Positions 19,513-30,038 of a DNA stretch of 64,000 bases are shown one piece after another. A program made the translations under genes and the position numbers. This DNA comes from Candidatus Moanibacter sp. (GTDB lineage Bacteria > Verrucomicrobiota > Verrucomicrobiia > Opitutales > UBA2987), in NCBI GenBank assembly GCA_965215885.1, contig CBDCEW010000101.1, positions 96,001 through 160,000 of the forward strand, written 5' to 3'. Below the pieces are notes generated by a model that was not told where the DNA came from, searched no databases, and was given only the letters and a program-made list of their open reading frames with translations. Numbering within the stretch: the first letter of the stretch is position 1; the number at the start of each line of letters is the position of its first letter.

Positions 19513-20831
19513 CACTACTGTCCGGTTGTTTTTCTAGGAACGCAGGTTAATCGATTGATAACCAACATTTTACATATGATTTCTGCTGTCTTCGACTTGA
19601 AATTGCAAAAAGCCTTGTGGACTCTCAAAAATTTCGAGGGTCCAAATCATGTATACAGGCCGATTCGTTTTTTCTCAAATCATAGATTATCTTCCGCGCC
19701 ATCAGTTCCATCGTTGCGTCCAATGCTACGGAGGCGACTACAAAGTTCAAAAGTTCAGTTGCTTCGAACAATTTCTCTGCATGGGTTTTGCCGAGTTGAC
19801 CTACCGGGAGAGTCTGCGCGACATCGAAACCTGCCTGCGGGCAGTACAACCAAAACTATACCACGCAGGGATTCGAAGCGGAGTATCCAAAAGCACGCTC
19901 GCCGATGCCAACGAGAAACGAGACTGGCGCAGCTACGCCGACTTTGCACAGGTCCTCATCGCAATGGCTCGTCCTTTGTATTCAAACGAGGATCTGGGCA
20001 TCGACCTGGACAATACGCTCTACGCTCTGGACTCCACCACGATCGATCTATGTCTATCACTCTTCCCGTGGGCACGTTTCCGCAAGCACAAGGGGGCGGT
20101 GAAGGTCCATACGCTTCTCGATCTCAGAGGCTCTATCCCTTATTTTATCGAGATTACCGATGGAAAAGTTCACGACGTAAACATTCTGGATCTCATCATC
20201 CCCGAGGCCGGTGCTTACTATGTAATGGACCGAGCCTATCTGCATTACGAGCGCCTCTATCGGATCGCACAATGCGGTTCTTTCTTCGTCACACGCGCCC
20301 GCCGCGGCTTTCAGTTTCGCCGCCTCTACTCTCAAAAGGTCGACAAATCAACCGGTCTGCGTTCGGACCAGACCGTTGCCCTGGTCAGCTTCTATCCTGC
20401 CAAGGCCTACCCCGAAAGACTCCGGCGTATCACTTACCTCGACCCCGACAGTTCCGAGCGCTTCGTGTTTCTCACCAACCAGTTTGCCCTCCCAGCCATA
20501 ATCATCACCCAGATTTACCGTTTACGCTGGCAGATCGAATTGTTCTTCAAATGGATCAAACAGCACTTGCGCATCAAGAGCTTTTTCGGCACCTCCGAGA
20601 ATGCTGTGAAGACTCAAATCTGGATTGCCGTCAGCGTCTATGTGCTCATCGCCATCATCCGCAAACGCCTTCGCCTGGAGATCAGTTTGCACAAAATCCT
20701 ACAGATTCTCAGCTTCACCCTATTTGAGAAAACTCCTATGACTGAACTACTTACAGAAACCGATTACACTTTCAATGAACACCGCATTCCTAAACAGTTG
20801 GAGTTGTTTGACTTATAACCGGACAGTACTG
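19513..20831 (+). mobile_element. IS4-family element with 9-bp target duplication GTATTTCAT
   Basis: TIRs CACTACTGTCCGGTT / CAGTACTGTCCGGTT (14/15); GTATTTCAT at 19504-19512 and 20832-20840. Confidence 0.95.
19649..20818 (+). CDS. IS4-family transposase (DUF4372-type N-terminus)
   Basis: LDSTTIDL, MDRAY, YRLRWQIELFFKWIKQHL. Confidence 0.95.
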   Translation: MYTGRFVFSQIIDYLPRHQFHRCVQCYGGDYKVQKFSCFEQFLCMGFAELTYRESLRDIETCLRAVQPKLYHAGIRSGVSKSTLADANEKRDWRSYADFAQVLIAMARPLYSNEDLGIDLDNTLYALDSTTIDLCLSLFPWARFRKHKGAVKVHTLLDLRGSIPYFIEITDGKVHDVNILDLIIPEAGAYYVMDRAYLHYERLYRIAQCGSFFVTRARRGFQFRRLYSQKVDKSTGLRSDQTVALVSFYPAKAYPERLRRITYLDPDSSERFVFLTNQFALPAIIITQIYRLRWQIELFFKWIKQHLRIKSFFGTSENAVKTQIWIAVSVYVLIAIIRKRLRLEISLHKILQILSFTLFEKTPMTELLTETDYTFNEHRIPKQLELFDL

Positions 20832-20905
20832 GTATTTCATCAGTTCTTAGCGTTGTATCCTTTTTTGAGTTGTGGGCAGCCGTTGATGGCTCCCTTTCAC
20901 ACCAG

Positions 20906-20932
20906 GTCGAACCGCGATCAACGAAATCGACA
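20906..20932 (-). promoter_or_regulatory. Putative ECF42-type promoter TGTCGA-N17-CGAC
   Basis: Minus strand TGTCGAtttcgttgatcgcggttCGAC upstream of the original DGPF start codon; fits the ECF42 consensus as I recall it (-35 TGTCGA, -10 CG(A/T)C). Confidence 0.6.
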
Positions 20933-21140
20933 CCTCACAGACGATTTCTTCGATTTTTTCCCGTGAGTATCATTATTCCGCTGTCTGCATTAACTCCCTC
21001 TTTCCGATCTTCCCGAACTTTCTGTGAAAATCTCTTAATCACTTGTCCAAACATCGACTGCCAAACGTCCCTCATCGTCTCAAAAGTCGCCGGAAAGGAG
21101 CAAACCACCAGGCCGAAAAGAGCGAGTTCATGATCTGTTC

Positions 21141-22496
21141 TCATTTCTCCTGTTCGTGATCGAGGTCGAACAGCTCTTCACGGAGAGGCGTGAGTCGTGT
21201 ACTGAGGTATTCTTCGATCCAGATCGGTTCCACAAGCCCGGCAAAACTCATTTTCACTTCTTCGGCAACCTCGTCCGCTTCTCCGAGGATGTCACGTAAC
21301 TTGCTCAGGCTCTTACTCGCCATACGTGAACCGCTTCGACGCGCGTCCTTACGGCAAAATACAACCTGTTCGCGTAACGATTGGATGGATTGCCAGCCTC
21401 GTTGGCGAATGGCTGCTAGATTTTCCATGGCTGTTTTGCAGGATTCGAAGCGATCCCTTTCGCCGAGTTCTTCCAGGGCAGATATGCAAGCATCAATGCC
21501 GCCTTCAGGTGGCCGGCCATCGTGCATGATTACTCCAATGTTGACTAACGAGTCGAGTGAGGCATCAATGGTCTCACACTGCACACGATCGGTGGAGTAA
21601 CGGCTCCATCCGGTGGCAATGACACCCACATATCCATAGCGCTGCGCAATTTCCATCCAGGCGAGAGCATTGCGCTCCCGCTCTTGGATATCCGGGCGAT
21701 CGATATTGTGGCCATCGGCTCCCTTATATGCCGTGCCGCCCCACAGAGTGATATTGTGGTCGTGAAAGCGTTTGATGTATTTGGTGCTGAAATGAAGGTC
21801 CGTTGTGTCTGGATGGCCTGAATATCCCCACGTCAGAAGATCACTCTTGGCGGCAAGAACTCTCAATGCGTCAGTTTCCCAGTTGATCATCATATCGTGC
21901 CACAGAATTGGCCGGATACCTCGGGCATTGAGACTGTCCAAGATTGGCTCCACGTGCTGTAGGTAAAGCGCCCCCTTTCCGTGTTCATCTATGTAGACCT
22001 TGGTTTGTGGGTGTTTTCCCATACTCCAGGCTTCATCACCCCCGAGATGGAAATAGCGGACCTCCGGCAGGAGATTAAGAACGTCATCCACCATCCTCTG
22101 GACCAGGTCGCGGGCGCCAGTAGCCAACGGATTAAGCACAGAGGAGTCATCAGGCTCCTCACGAAAGTGTTCGTAACCGGGAACACTGAGAGGCGTTTCC
22201 ATGTGTCCCAGACACTGCACCAGAGGAATGATTTCGAGACCGAGAGTCCGCGCCGCCTCTTGAAAATGACGGATATCCTCAGCCGTGTATGCTGTGGGAC
22301 TGCGAAACCGTTCGTCCACAGTCCAGGGAAAAGTGTCTTCCCACTCGACCGAGACGGCATTGTAGTGTGCGGCTGCAAACAGTTTCAGAAGCTCCCGAAA
22401 CCGGTTGGCCGTCGGAGGCATCCCCTTCAGGTCCAGATGAACGCCACGCGTAGGGATGATTGGTTGTGCCGCTCTGAATAATTCACTACCCGTCAT
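21141..22496 (-). CDS. Glycoside hydrolase family 20 (hexosaminidase D-like)
   Basis: HLDLKG, EWEDTFP, IPLVQCLGHME, HLGGDEA. Confidence 0.88.
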   Translation of the reverse strand: MTGSELFRAAQPIIPTRGVHLDLKGMPPTANRFRELLKLFAAAHYNAVSVEWEDTFPWTVDERFRSPTAYTAEDIRHFQEAARTLGLEIIPLVQCLGHMETPLSVPGYEHFREEPDDSSVLNPLATGARDLVQRMVDDVLNLLPEVRYFHLGGDEAWSMGKHPQTKVYIDEHGKGALYLQHVEPILDSLNARGIRPILWHDMMINWETDALRVLAAKSDLLTWGYSGHPDTTDLHFSTKYIKRFHDHNITLWGGTAYKGADGHNIDRPDIQERERNALAWMEIAQRYGYVGVIATGWSRYSTDRVQCETIDASLDSLVNIGVIMHDGRPPEGGIDACISALEELGERDRFESCKTAMENLAAIRQRGWQSIQSLREQVVFCRKDARRSGSRMASKSLSKLRDILGEADEVAEEVKMSFAGLVEPIWIEEYLSTRLTPLREELFDLDHEQEK

Positions 22497-22653
22497 CTTT
22501 TCCCCTTCTCCGTTGTTCTTATCAAACGTTTAGTATTGTATCCGGCGTATCGGCGAAGCGGGATGCCGGAAACAATCTGTTAGCGATCATGTTTCGACAA
22601 GCTTGTATTCTTTTTTCACTTCACGCTTTTGACTAGGAATCATGTGATGCGAA

Positions 22654-22822
22654 TCATGGTATGATCCAGGATTCCGGGATATCCAGTCCGAAGCCGGGAG
22701 CATCGCTGGGTGTCAGCCGGCCATTTTTTGGAATGGGTGTTCCCGGTAGGCGGGGAAGCTCTTCGAGCGGGACTCCGGGCTCTGAGCCCACGAAATATTC
22801 TGCCCACGGTAGGGACGGCGTA
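22654..22822 (-). pseudogene. Orphan 3' fragment of an enolase-family dehydratase (paralog of the 37924..39090 C-terminus)
   Basis: IATPSLPWAEYFVGSEPGVPLEELPRLPGTP..SDAPGFGLDIP closely matches IATPAVPWAEYFVGSAPGVPIEELPRLPGTP..SDAPGFGLEIP. Confidence 0.85.
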
Positions 22823-22944
22823 GCGATCGTTCTCCTCCTCGAAGTCTTGGCTAAAACTTGGCAGGAACCCACCCCTAACCCCTCCTGGGAGGGGAACGCT
22901 GATCAGATAACGGTGTAGGGATGGTATTAGTAATATTGATCTCT

Positions 22945-23145
22945 CCGTCGTAATCATAATCGTAATCTAAATTCGAAAGAAGAAAGCTCGACGGGAGATC
23001 ACGATTTAGAGTCACGATGGGAAGAGGGGAGCCGATTGGATCTTTCGTCGTGAATCGTAATCGTGATCTAAAATCGAAAGAGGACAAGATCGACTTGAGA
23101 TCACGATTTAGAGTCACGACGGAAGAGGAGGGTCGCAATACGAGG
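22945..23145. repeat. 6-bp-periodic hairpin repeat doublet
   Basis: GAGATCACGATTTAGAGTCACGA occurs twice; inverted arms TCGTAATC..CTAAA. Confidence 0.75.
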
Positions 23146-23160
23146 AAGCCTGCATCAATA

Positions 23161-24804
23161 CTACCGCCATTCGTCAACAGAGATACTTTTCCTGTATTTG
23201 CAACCCATGATTCGCCAGTAGCCGTTCGTTTCTCCGCCTACCACGACGACTTCTATTTGATCCTTCGGGAATATCCGGATGTGTTCGGTGTCCGCGGCTT
23301 TGAGCATCGTGGCATAGGGCTCGACTCCCTTGAGAGCCCTTGGGTAAATGTAATTCTGGACGAGTTGATAATCCCAATAAATGCCGGCTGGCATTGTGGC
23401 GTTTTCGTGCACCCAATCGATCAGCTTTTCTTTGGTGTCAAGCCCGCCGCGGTCGACAAATTGTCGCGCGGTGATGGGATCGAGGACGAGAGTCGGGGGA
23501 CTGTGCGGGTTCATGCCGACGAGCAGGTTACGCACGTGCTCGCGCCAGAATTTTTCCCGCAGCCCCAAATGAAATGACGTGGACCGACAGCCCGAGAAGG
23601 CGCTGACGACGCTATCATCTTTCTTAAAACCATGTTGTTCGTGAAACGGCACCCAGGGACTTCCGTCCTCATTCTCCGCGAACGTTATGCTATTGTAAGC
23701 GTAGTTATTGCCTTGAGATCCAAGGTAGGTCACCTCCGGCAGGGAACCCCCTTGAAGATTCTGAGAGAGGAGACCGTAGGAGCGACCGATGGTGGCGTTG
23801 GCGTGGTTGTACGGCCCCATGGCTCCGATACCCCAATTCATGCCGATCTCATGGCGGATAGGGCCGTTGACGACAGCCATGCCCGCCGCTGAACTCGTGG
23901 TGCTGGCTCGCGCCGTGGCCTCGGTAGCGGCAAGAGCGAGGATCACCGGGAAGTACTCCGGTTTCGCGCCGGCCATGACGGCGTTTACGGCCACTTTCTC
24001 AACGGTGTATTCCCAGGCCTCGCGCCCGGCAGTCGGCCGCATGCGACCCACCACTTGGTCCGGACTCCGGCTCGTTCCCTTCAGCATATCCGCGACCCGT
24101 TCCTCGGTAGGGAGGATGATGGGCAGTTTGTCGGTCCAGTTCTTTTCCAGGAAGAGCTGATGCAGGTTTTCTTCCGTGTCCGGGTCGACGAACCGAGGTG
24201 TTGATCGATCGAAGCGCACTTGCCTGGTCTCCGCATCCGAGAGTGGAGTTGCAAGAGCGTCCAACACTACCTGCATAAATGGCTGCCCGGTGATGGCGTC
24301 TGCGCCGTCGACATAAGCGCGCAGCTCGGTGGGCGACTTCCCCATAACCGGTTGGGGCACAAAGGCGAATCGCTGTTTGGGCATGCCCCGTTGCATGGAC
24401 GAGGCCCGCACCAGGGGTTCAAAGATGTTCGTTTGGACGGAGGCCGTTGGGACCCCGTATTCAGTCTCGAGAATGAAGCATTGGTCGGCGACCGCCGGCG
24501 CACAGGTGCTTCAGTGGCCGACTCCGACTATCGCGGCAGCCCCTCGGGATTGAATCTCCTCGTAAAGTTTCGGATCCCGCTCAGTGTAGACACCCTCCTT
24601 GCTCCGCAGCTCAGTCTTCACCGAAGGCATGTGCTCCGAAAACCAGCCCTGCATCTGCTCCATGAGGATGTCGCCGTCATCGAAGCGGCAGTCGACGAGA
24701 TAAACCGTTTTACCCTCCAGACTTTCCATTCTCGGCGCCATTCCCATCTGCGTGATTTGGGGCGGATACCCCATCGGATTCATTACTTCAATTTCGTTGC
24801 CCAT
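23161..24804 (-). CDS. Putative selenoprotein, UGSC-type (U-S-T-C redox motif); Sec codon at 24511-24513
   Basis: ORFs 24511..24804 and 23161..24411 share a frame; GGC CAC TGA AGC ACC TGT reads G-H-U-S-T-C and the frame stays open into the downstream ORF; PIILPTEERV, AVNAVMAG and NHANATIGR motifs. Confidence 0.8.
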
Positions 24805-24965
24805 GACTGACCTCTTTTATGTTCTTACCGATTCTTTTTAGGACGGCTGTAGATTGAAAGGATCTACGAGTTTTTTCAATCTTTAACCCATTTATCTTTT
24901 AAGATTGTTTGGTCTAAAGTTTGCAAGATCAGCGGGTTAGGGTAGCTGAACCCCGGGTTGTGCGT

Positions 24966-25215
24966 GTTTAGCGTGATTTGAAGCTGCCCCGGTCTTGCGC
25001 CGGGGACCAGCTAACAGAATGACGTAAGTCGTCGACAAGGTTCGGGAGTGAGGTTCGCGACCCGTCGTCGCTCTGCTTTGCCGAGGCATGCAAGGTTACC
25101 CAAGGGAAGTAGGAGTTTCCTTCTGCATTCGCGTCCATCTGCGTACATCTGCGGTTCTCTTCTTCTCTTTTTTTGGTTGCGGCTACGCTGCGCCAGGTCA
25201 TCCGTGGTTGGAATT
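24966..25215. repeat. Composite repeat cluster
   Basis: About 100 bp (25100-25197) is an inverted copy of 39634-39728; CGACAAGGTTCG..CCGTCGTCGCT is shared with 56509-56570. Confidence 0.7.
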
Positions 25216-25408
25216 TTTAGTTTCCTTTTCCACTCCCTGGTTGGTCCTGCGTTCCGATCTCAGAAACGAGGAAACACTTTGGTTTTCATACAGCATGAAG
25301 AAGATTGATCTTCCTCTTTATCGGTTTTGCTTTCAGATTCCTGGCATGCGAGGATCTTTGGAATTTTCCGGATCGTTCCCGGAGCGTTAATCGAGCACAG
25401 GAGAAACA

Positions 25409-26848
25409 ATGCCTAAAGTTGTAATCGTGGGTGCGGGGAGCCTGGTGTTTTCCAGCCGGTTGACCGCTGATATTCTTTCATTCGATCAGACTCGTGAGAC
25501 GGAGTTTGCCCTCGTCGACATCGACGAGGAGCGTCTCGCATACGCGAGCAGGATCATCGAACGGATCTTTGAAGGGGGCGGATACGACAACGCCTCCTAC
25601 ACTGCCACCACTGACCGGCGAGAGGCATTGCCGGGTGCTGACTACGTGATCAGCAGCCTTCTCGTGGGAGGGTACGAAGCAATCGAGAAGGAGATCGATA
25701 TTTCCATGAGATATGGGGTGGATCAGTGCATCGGCGACACCTTGAACCCGGGCGGAATTTTGAGGTGTCTGCGCACGCTTCCCCATCAGGCGGGGATCGC
25801 ACAGGATATCATGGAACTCTGTCCCGATGCCCTCCTGCTGAATTACACCAATCCGATGTCCATGCTCTGCTGGGGGATGTACCGGCAGGCGACGGGAATC
25901 AAACTGGTGGGACTTTGTCACTCCGTTCAACACACAACGAAACAATGGGCGAAGCGCTTGGGGCTCGCTTTCGCAGACATTCAATGGAAATGCGCGGGGA
26001 TCAATCACCAGGCCTGGATTTACCAGTACAGGAAAAATGGCGAAGACCTGCTACCGAGGATCCGCGAACTGGCGGTCCAGCCCGAGATCTGGCTGGGGGA
26101 TGCCGTGCGAATGGAGTATGTCAAGCATCTGGGATACCCGGTCACCGAATCGAGCGGGCACTGCTCCGAGTACACACCGTGGTGGCGAAAGCGTCAGGAG
26201 CTGATCGATAAGTATTGTCCTGACAACGACCCGTGGAACGGGAAGAGCGGGTTTATAAAGGACCTCTACGCAAGGCCGGACTGGAAAGAGCAGATGGAAC
26301 GGATGGCCAGCGGCGAGGAACCGGTGAATCTCGAACGCAGTCACGAATACGGATCCCAGATCATCAATGCCTGTGAAGGGGGCGATCCGGTGGTGATTCA
26401 CGGAAACGTGGAGAACACCGGGTTGATCGACAACCTGCCGGAGGGCTGTTGTGTGGAAGTTCCAATCTACGTCGATCGAAACGGGCTACAGCCGATGTGC
26501 GTGGGTGAGCTACCGATGCACCTGGCGGCGATCAACCGGAACCAGGTAACGATGCAGGAGTTGGCGGTGGAGGCCGCTATCACGGCTGACCCGGAGCTTG
26601 TCTTTCAGGCCTTTTCCATGGATCCCTTGACCGCGACGGTGCTCACTCTTGACGAGATTCGCGAGATGACGCGGGAGTTACTCGAGGCCCTGGCGTTCTG
26701 TTTACCGACATTCGAAGGAAAGCAACTCTCCCTGAAACCATACATGGTGGGATCGACGGCGGAGAGTGTCGAACGGCATGAGGACGACGCGGAGAAGCGC
26801 GCGCCGATCGAGAATGAAAAGAAAAGAGGGGTCACAGAGCTTCACTGA
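25409..26848 (+). CDS. melA: Alpha-galactosidase, glycoside hydrolase family 4
   Basis: IVGAGSLVF, QCIGDT, NYTNPM, GLCHSV, GINHQ, TESSGH.SEY. Confidence 0.9.
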   Translation: MPKVVIVGAGSLVFSSRLTADILSFDQTRETEFALVDIDEERLAYASRIIERIFEGGGYDNASYTATTDRREALPGADYVISSLLVGGYEAIEKEIDISMRYGVDQCIGDTLNPGGILRCLRTLPHQAGIAQDIMELCPDALLLNYTNPMSMLCWGMYRQATGIKLVGLCHSVQHTTKQWAKRLGLAFADIQWKCAGINHQAWIYQYRKNGEDLLPRIRELAVQPEIWLGDAVRMEYVKHLGYPVTESSGHCSEYTPWWRKRQELIDKYCPDNDPWNGKSGFIKDLYARPDWKEQMERMASGEEPVNLERSHEYGSQIINACEGGDPVVIHGNVENTGLIDNLPEGCCVEVPIYVDRNGLQPMCVGELPMHLAAINRNQVTMQELAVEAAITADPELVFQAFSMDPLTATVLTLDEIREMTRELLEALAFCLPTFEGKQLSLKPYMVGSTAESVERHEDDAEKRAPIENEKKRGVTELH

Positions 26849-26978
26849 GAAGCACAGAGGACCACGGAGGTTGAAAATGGTTCTGTGGAGAAGAGGAATA
26901 AACAGAAGGCAACAGAGAGAAACGGCGACGGGGAGACGCAACGAAAACAGAGTGGGGGAAGCGGTGAAGCGACCGGAC

Positions 26979-27064
26979 CTTTGTCGTAAGCTTCGTCGTC
27001 AACTTTGTCGCTAGCTTTGTCGCGGAATTCGGTCACTTTCTTGAGGAAGCTTTCGATGAAGTTT
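26979..27064. repeat. 12-bp-periodic repeat tract
   Basis: CTTTGTCGTAAGCTTCGTCGTCAACTTTGTCGCTAGCTTTGTCG. Confidence 0.75.
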
Positions 27065-27387
27065 GGGTGTTCTGTAAAGAAGCTGATTGAATCCCGGCAA
27101 GTCTGGAGAAACTGAGGGTTACAGGGAGAAAAAAATTCTCACGCAACGGTCTTCGACCCGCAAGCGGCACTACGCCCTGTCGAGAAGCCGCAAAGTAGGG
27201 AATGGAGATTAGAATCGTATGGGAGAATATCCCAAGAGGGTGATGGCAACGGATAAGGGCAGTGCAGCGGATAGAGGGATGTAGTTTTCGGCTTGGTGCA
27301 AATCCTACTGTAGAGGAACGCGGGAGCGTTTCTCTTGAATCGATCAGCGATTATACCTTAATCTCGAAGGGAAACAAACATCGAATC

Positions 27388-28254
27388 ATGACTACCGAAA
27401 ATCATACCACGACGATAGATAAATCCGACAGCTTACCTGATACCGAGCCGGTTCCCATGACACCGGAGCAAGAGTTCTTCTTCGACCTCCGTGGATGGAT
27501 ATTGCTGCCTTCCGTATTGTCGGGGGCGGAGATTGACGAGATGAAGGCGGAGGTATACGCGGGCGCCAAGAAAGGTTACGAGGGTGCGCTGCAGCGACTC
27601 CTGGATCATCCGGCGATTGCAGGAATCCTCTCCGAGATCTTGTGCGAGGATCCGTACGTTTCGGACGAATGCTACGGTTTTCGGTGCGAGAGCTCCTTCA
27701 CGACGGTTCGGCCGCCCGGATGGAGCATGACGGAGCGGGGTGACGGCGGTCGGGCCCACGTCGTGCGTCCTCCCCAACAGGCCAATGCCATGCGCTACCA
27801 AGTGGCGGGGGGCAAGATTTTCGCCGGACTGACCCGGGTGGTATGGGAGTTGGAAGAGGTAAAAGCCGGTCAAGGCGGCACCTCCTTCCTCAGTGGCTCA
27901 CACAAGGCTCATTTCAACTACGGTGGCCCGAACCGGTACCAGCCGAATACCGACGGCTCGCCCTGGAAAGATAACATCAGGGCCATGATGGAGGACTACA
28001 GTTGCCCTGCGGGATCGGTGGTTGTCTTTACCGAGAGCCTCGTCCACGCCGCCAATAGTTGGACGAACCCGGACAATCCGCGGTGTGCCGTCTTCAACTG
28101 CTACAACTCGGTCTGGGCGCAGTGGCACCGAACCAATCTCAGTCACGACCTCATCGTGACCATGCCTCCGAAGCGAAGAACCCTCTTTCGCGGTACCTGG
28201 CAACTCGGAGAAGGCGGAAACCGTGAGTATTCGGCTGAGAACCGGGCGCTTTGA
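27388..28254 (+). CDS. Phytanoyl-CoA dioxygenase (PhyH)-family protein
   Basis: EQEFFFDLRGW, GGTSFLSGSHK, AGSVVVFTESLVH, R..VFNCY. Confidence 0.75.
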   Translation: MTTENHTTTIDKSDSLPDTEPVPMTPEQEFFFDLRGWILLPSVLSGAEIDEMKAEVYAGAKKGYEGALQRLLDHPAIAGILSEILCEDPYVSDECYGFRCESSFTTVRPPGWSMTERGDGGRAHVVRPPQQANAMRYQVAGGKIFAGLTRVVWELEEVKAGQGGTSFLSGSHKAHFNYGGPNRYQPNTDGSPWKDNIRAMMEDYSCPAGSVVVFTESLVHAANSWTNPDNPRCAVFNCYNSVWAQWHRTNLSHDLIVTMPPKRRTLFRGTWQLGEGGNREYSAENRAL

Positions 28255-28598
28255 AGTTGGTACTCCGGAGATTGAATCGTAGCACACTGTTCCCGCTCGG
28301 CGGGAACCAGGAGGCAAAGCAAGTTGCAGGTTGAATTCTATCTCTATCCTTATTCTATCAGCAGTAGAATAATTGACTGCGGTTGGGTGAACGGGTGATC
28401 GCTCAATCGGAAGATTCAAAAGGAGTCTGCTGAAATACTTTCCACGTTCTGACGAACGCGGCTACCACTGGAATTGGAATGAAGGCCGAGACCGCTTACG
28501 CGATTGGATATTACCGAATCGAGACTGTAGCTGAAAGCGGAAGTTTTTCGATTCTCGCGAATTCTCGAGAACGAGGACGATTACGAGGACGAAAGGAA

Positions 28599-28677
28599 TC
28601 GTGGGATAAACCCACTCCTACAATCTTTCATGGCAATAGGACCATCGTTTGGTGTAGGAGCGGCTTTATGCCGCGAT
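28599..28677. repeat. GTAGGAGCG-type REP doublet
   Basis: TCGTGGGATAAACCCACTCCTAC ... GTAGGAGCGGCTTTATGCCGCGA; similar to 53869 and 56602. Confidence 0.7.
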
Positions 28678-28712
28678 GGAATTTCAGAATGGAAACTCCC
28701 CCACCTGGAATC

Positions 28713-30038
28713 TCACCCCATCCTCGGACCATCAACATCACTTCTTTTCGAGCTGTCGTCGCGTTGCCTCTCGTCATCGATGAGGTCTGAGAGTTCCCTG
28801 ACGATCTGAGGGTTGTCGGAGGCCTGTTCGATTGTTTCGTAGGGATCTTCCGCGATATTGAAGAGTTCGGATTCGGTCTCGCCTTCCACCTGGCGGCGGA
28901 TTAGCTTCCAGTCGCCGCGGCGGATGCCGAGTTGAGCCGCTCCTTTAAAGTTCCAGAAAAATGCGCGTTCTGCTGGTTGTTCGGCTTCGCCGCTGATCAG
29001 GGGCCAGATATCGGCGCCGTCCCATTGCGGATCAGTCTGGGGTTCCGCACCCGTGAGTCTGGTAAATGTCGGCATCCAGTCAGCGACGTGCACGGGATGA
29101 TTCATCTTCCCGGGAGAGAGGTGACCACGCCAGTTGATTACAGTCGGCGTTCGTATGCCTCCTTCGTAGAGCTGTGCCTTCACCCCGCGGAAGGGGAGGT
29201 TTGACCCGAGACGAGGATAGGCTTCCTGCCACCCGGGATACATGTCGGTTCCGTGAAGCGGGCAATCGTTGATAGCGCCGTTATCCGAAGAGAATATCAC
29301 GATCGTGTTCTCGCGCTGTGTAGTGCGCTCGAGGGCCTCGAGAAGCTCGCCGATCCCCTGGTCCATGTGACTCGTATAGGCCGCGTACTTCTTGTAAGAG
29401 ATGTCCTTCGCGGGAACGTCGTCGAAGTTCTCAAACTGATAGCGGTCGAGCCATGACTGAACGGGTTTCACTGGGACGTGCACGGCGGTAAACGGGACGT
29501 AGCAGAACCAGGGACGATTCCGGCTTTCAATCCATTCCGCGGCTTCTCTTACGATCAAATCGGTGACGTGACCCTTCTCTTCAACCAGGGTGCCGTCCCG
29601 GTGCCAGGTGGCGGAGAATTCACCACGTTTGTAGCAGTGATTGTAGGGATCGACACCGCCCGCCAGACTTCCGTAGGCGGTGTCGAAACCGTGGTTGTTG
29701 GGGCCAAATTGCGGCGATGAACCGAGATGCCATTTGCCGAAGAGACCGGTGTCGTATCCGCGGTTGCGCATAACGGTAGCGAGAGTCTCGTATCCATCCG
29801 GAAGGACGGGGGCGTTGCTCGGGACAGTAGCGTGGGCGCCGAAACGCCCGGGATGGCGCCCTGTCAGGAGTGCGGCCCGGGTCGGGGTGCACATCGGGCA
29901 GACGTAGTGCTGCTCCAGTTCAATTCCATCGGAAGCGAGCCGATCGATGTTCGGGGTCCGGATAGGCGACCCGTGCAGACTCAAATCCGCCCATCCGAGG
30001 TCATCAGCGAGGATGAAGAGGATGTTGGGGGTGGTCAT
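28713..30038 (-). CDS. Arylsulfatase (formylglycine-dependent)
   Basis: PNILFILADDLG, CTPTRAALLTG, GKWHLG, SSDNG; start MTTPNIL at 30038. Confidence 0.95.
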   Translation of the reverse strand: MTTPNILFILADDLGWADLSLHGSPIRTPNIDRLASDGIELEQHYVCPMCTPTRAALLTGRHPGRFGAHATVPSNAPVLPDGYETLATVMRNRGYDTGLFGKWHLGSSPQFGPNNHGFDTAYGSLAGGVDPYNHCYKRGEFSATWHRDGTLVEEKGHVTDLIVREAAEWIESRNRPWFCYVPFTAVHVPVKPVQSWLDRYQFENFDDVPAKDISYKKYAAYTSHMDQGIGELLEALERTTQRENTIVIFSSDNGAINDCPLHGTDMYPGWQEAYPRLGSNLPFRGVKAQLYEGGIRTPTVINWRGHLSPGKMNHPVHVADWMPTFTRLTGAEPQTDPQWDGADIWPLISGEAEQPAERAFFWNFKGAAQLGIRRGDWKLIRRQVEGETESELFNIAEDPYETIEQASDNPQIVRELSDLIDDERQRDDSSKRSDVDGPRMG

